Origin: Tricharina praecox
Lineage: Eukaryota
Assembly: GCF_024521635.1 (NCBI RefSeq)
Contig: NW_026250424.1
Location: 496,001 to 560,000 of the forward strand
Length of the DNA: 64,000 nucleotides
Direction: 5' to 3'
The notes below the pieces were generated by a model. It saw nothing but the letters and a program-made list of their open reading frames with translations, did not search any database and was not told the DNA's origin. Shown here piece by piece: positions 62,563 through 64,000 of the stretch. A program made the translations under genes and the position numbers. Every line of letters starts with the position of its first letter. Position 1 is the first letter of the stretch.

Positions 62563-64000
62563 TTATGCGGCGCGCTCCTTAGGGATGCCGTTGAGGACGC
62601 CTCCGGGAGGGTCCTTGGGCGTGATGCGGAGACATTGGATACCGAGGTAGCCGCAGATCGAGTTGATCACGAGGAGTGCCCAACGAAAGTAGACGACCAC
62701 AGCGAAAACGAGGTAGGCACGGAGATACCAGAGCTCGGCGGCGGCGGAAATAGCGGGCCTAATATCCCCGGGTCAGTAATTTATCCAGTTGGATGGGGAA
62801 ACAGCCGGAGACCTACAGTCCGATGAACGGAAGATTAGCCAAGAGGGCACCACCCATGAGTGGGGCTAGGAGGATAGTCCAGTACGGGAAAGGCTGCTTG
62901 GTCAAGTGGGCCAGAATGATCTTTGTGGTCATGCGTCCAAAGACGAAAGACAAGGTCAGACAGAACAGGACGAGGCGGTTGTCGGTAAGCAGCGAGGTGA
63001 ATGGCGACGCAAGCCACAGCCAGCAGGACGCAGAGAAAATGATGATGGGAGTCCACTCCAAGAAAACCGGGAGCACCGGCAGGTTCTGTCTCTTACGGGC
63101 CTGCGCAACGTTGTACACACAGGACGGCAGGTGCGCGATCATGAACGCGCTGACGAGAATGGGCACCCAGAGGTCGCGGAAGCTGTACTCGCCGAGGAGC
63201 GAGTGATCACCGATAGTGTCCTTGAGCTTCATGTCCCAGATCTCGGGGCCACAAACTCCAGAGATCACCATGAGGGTGCAGGCAATGATGAGTCCCTCTG
63301 GAGAGATGGTCAGAAACCGGTTCCCTTCGAATTCCACGGGGATAACATACCGGTAGGTCCGTTGAAGTATCCGAGGTAAAGCACATGCGTGTGATACGTC
63401 TCCCAGGTCGAGAAGAACATAGGCAAGCAAGGGATCAACGCCGTGAGGACTCCCGCTGGGCTAGTCCCCAATCCCATGCTAGCAGTCTCCAACAGACTCG
63501 CAAGAGTGCAGTTCAACGAATCGATTCCGTGGCTATCCTCTCGTCAGCATCACCGCGCACACCTTGGGGAAAGTAAACACCGACTCGAAAAGTTCACCCA
63601 ACGGCGAGCTCGAGCCCGTACGCCTAGCCTGCTTTCCGTCGATGTTGTCCATAGTGGAGTACGCCCACAGTCCGAACGCGAACGAATAGTAGAGCCACGG
63701 CGGACCCGGACCCACCAGGTCCGGCATCATTATCTCCAGACAGATGACATTGAACAGGATGAAGCCGAAGCCGACGAGCGTTACGGCATTGGGTGCTAAC
63801 CATCGTGGCAGCAGCTCGACCATGAAATTCCACTACAATCATATTCGTAAGTTTCAGCTCGGCGAGGATCGGACTGGGCTCCACGAACGTAATGTTTCAA
63901 GATGTGGTTCGAAATCAGCGACTTGTCGACGGACTGGTAGCGGTAGGTCTTGAGGTGGGCCAATTGGTCCTCGGCAAGGAAATCGCTCTTCTTGCTATCA
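62563..64000 (-). CDS. Diacylglycerol choline/ethanolamine phosphotransferase (CPT1/EPT1 family), 5' end outside window
   Basis: [31 protein letters not shown] and [25 protein letters not shown] (CDP-alcohol phosphotransferase motif), plus [19 protein letters not shown] and [13 protein letters not shown]. Confidence 0.94.

Overview
Eukaryotic DNA from a filamentous ascomycete (short GT-AG introns with CTRAC/CTAAC branch sites; Pezizomycetes is a guess only). It holds about 15 intron-containing protein genes: a Zn2Cys6 transcription factor, LYS2, RIB1, a GNAT-like gene with an in-frame TAG, CMC2, prefoldin-2, HAP3/hapC, an RTC4-domain gene, an ARO8-like aminotransferase, OST2/DAD1, TMEM14, a DUF4139/4140 gene, FCF1, a PTH11-like membrane protein, DUT1 and a CPT1/EPT1-like gene cut by the window end. 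A nuclear RNase P RNA gene lies at about 17007-17388. Mobile DNA comprises two LINE derivatives, a non-autonomous hAT element and a MITE pair. The most notable observations are: (1) two tandem, same-orientation, internally deleted LINEs directly upstream of the RNase P RNA gene, 5' ends facing it, which may indicate Pol III-gene targeting; (2) a premature TAG at a likely Trp position in the GNAT gene, a candidate for A-to-I stop-codon correction; (3) twin near-identical introns around a diverged 33-nt micro-exon, next to Som1/Flo8-like motifs, in the DUF4139 gene; (4) long introns with coding or structural features in HAP3 and prefoldin-2. Gene models were spliced by eye and no database searches were run.
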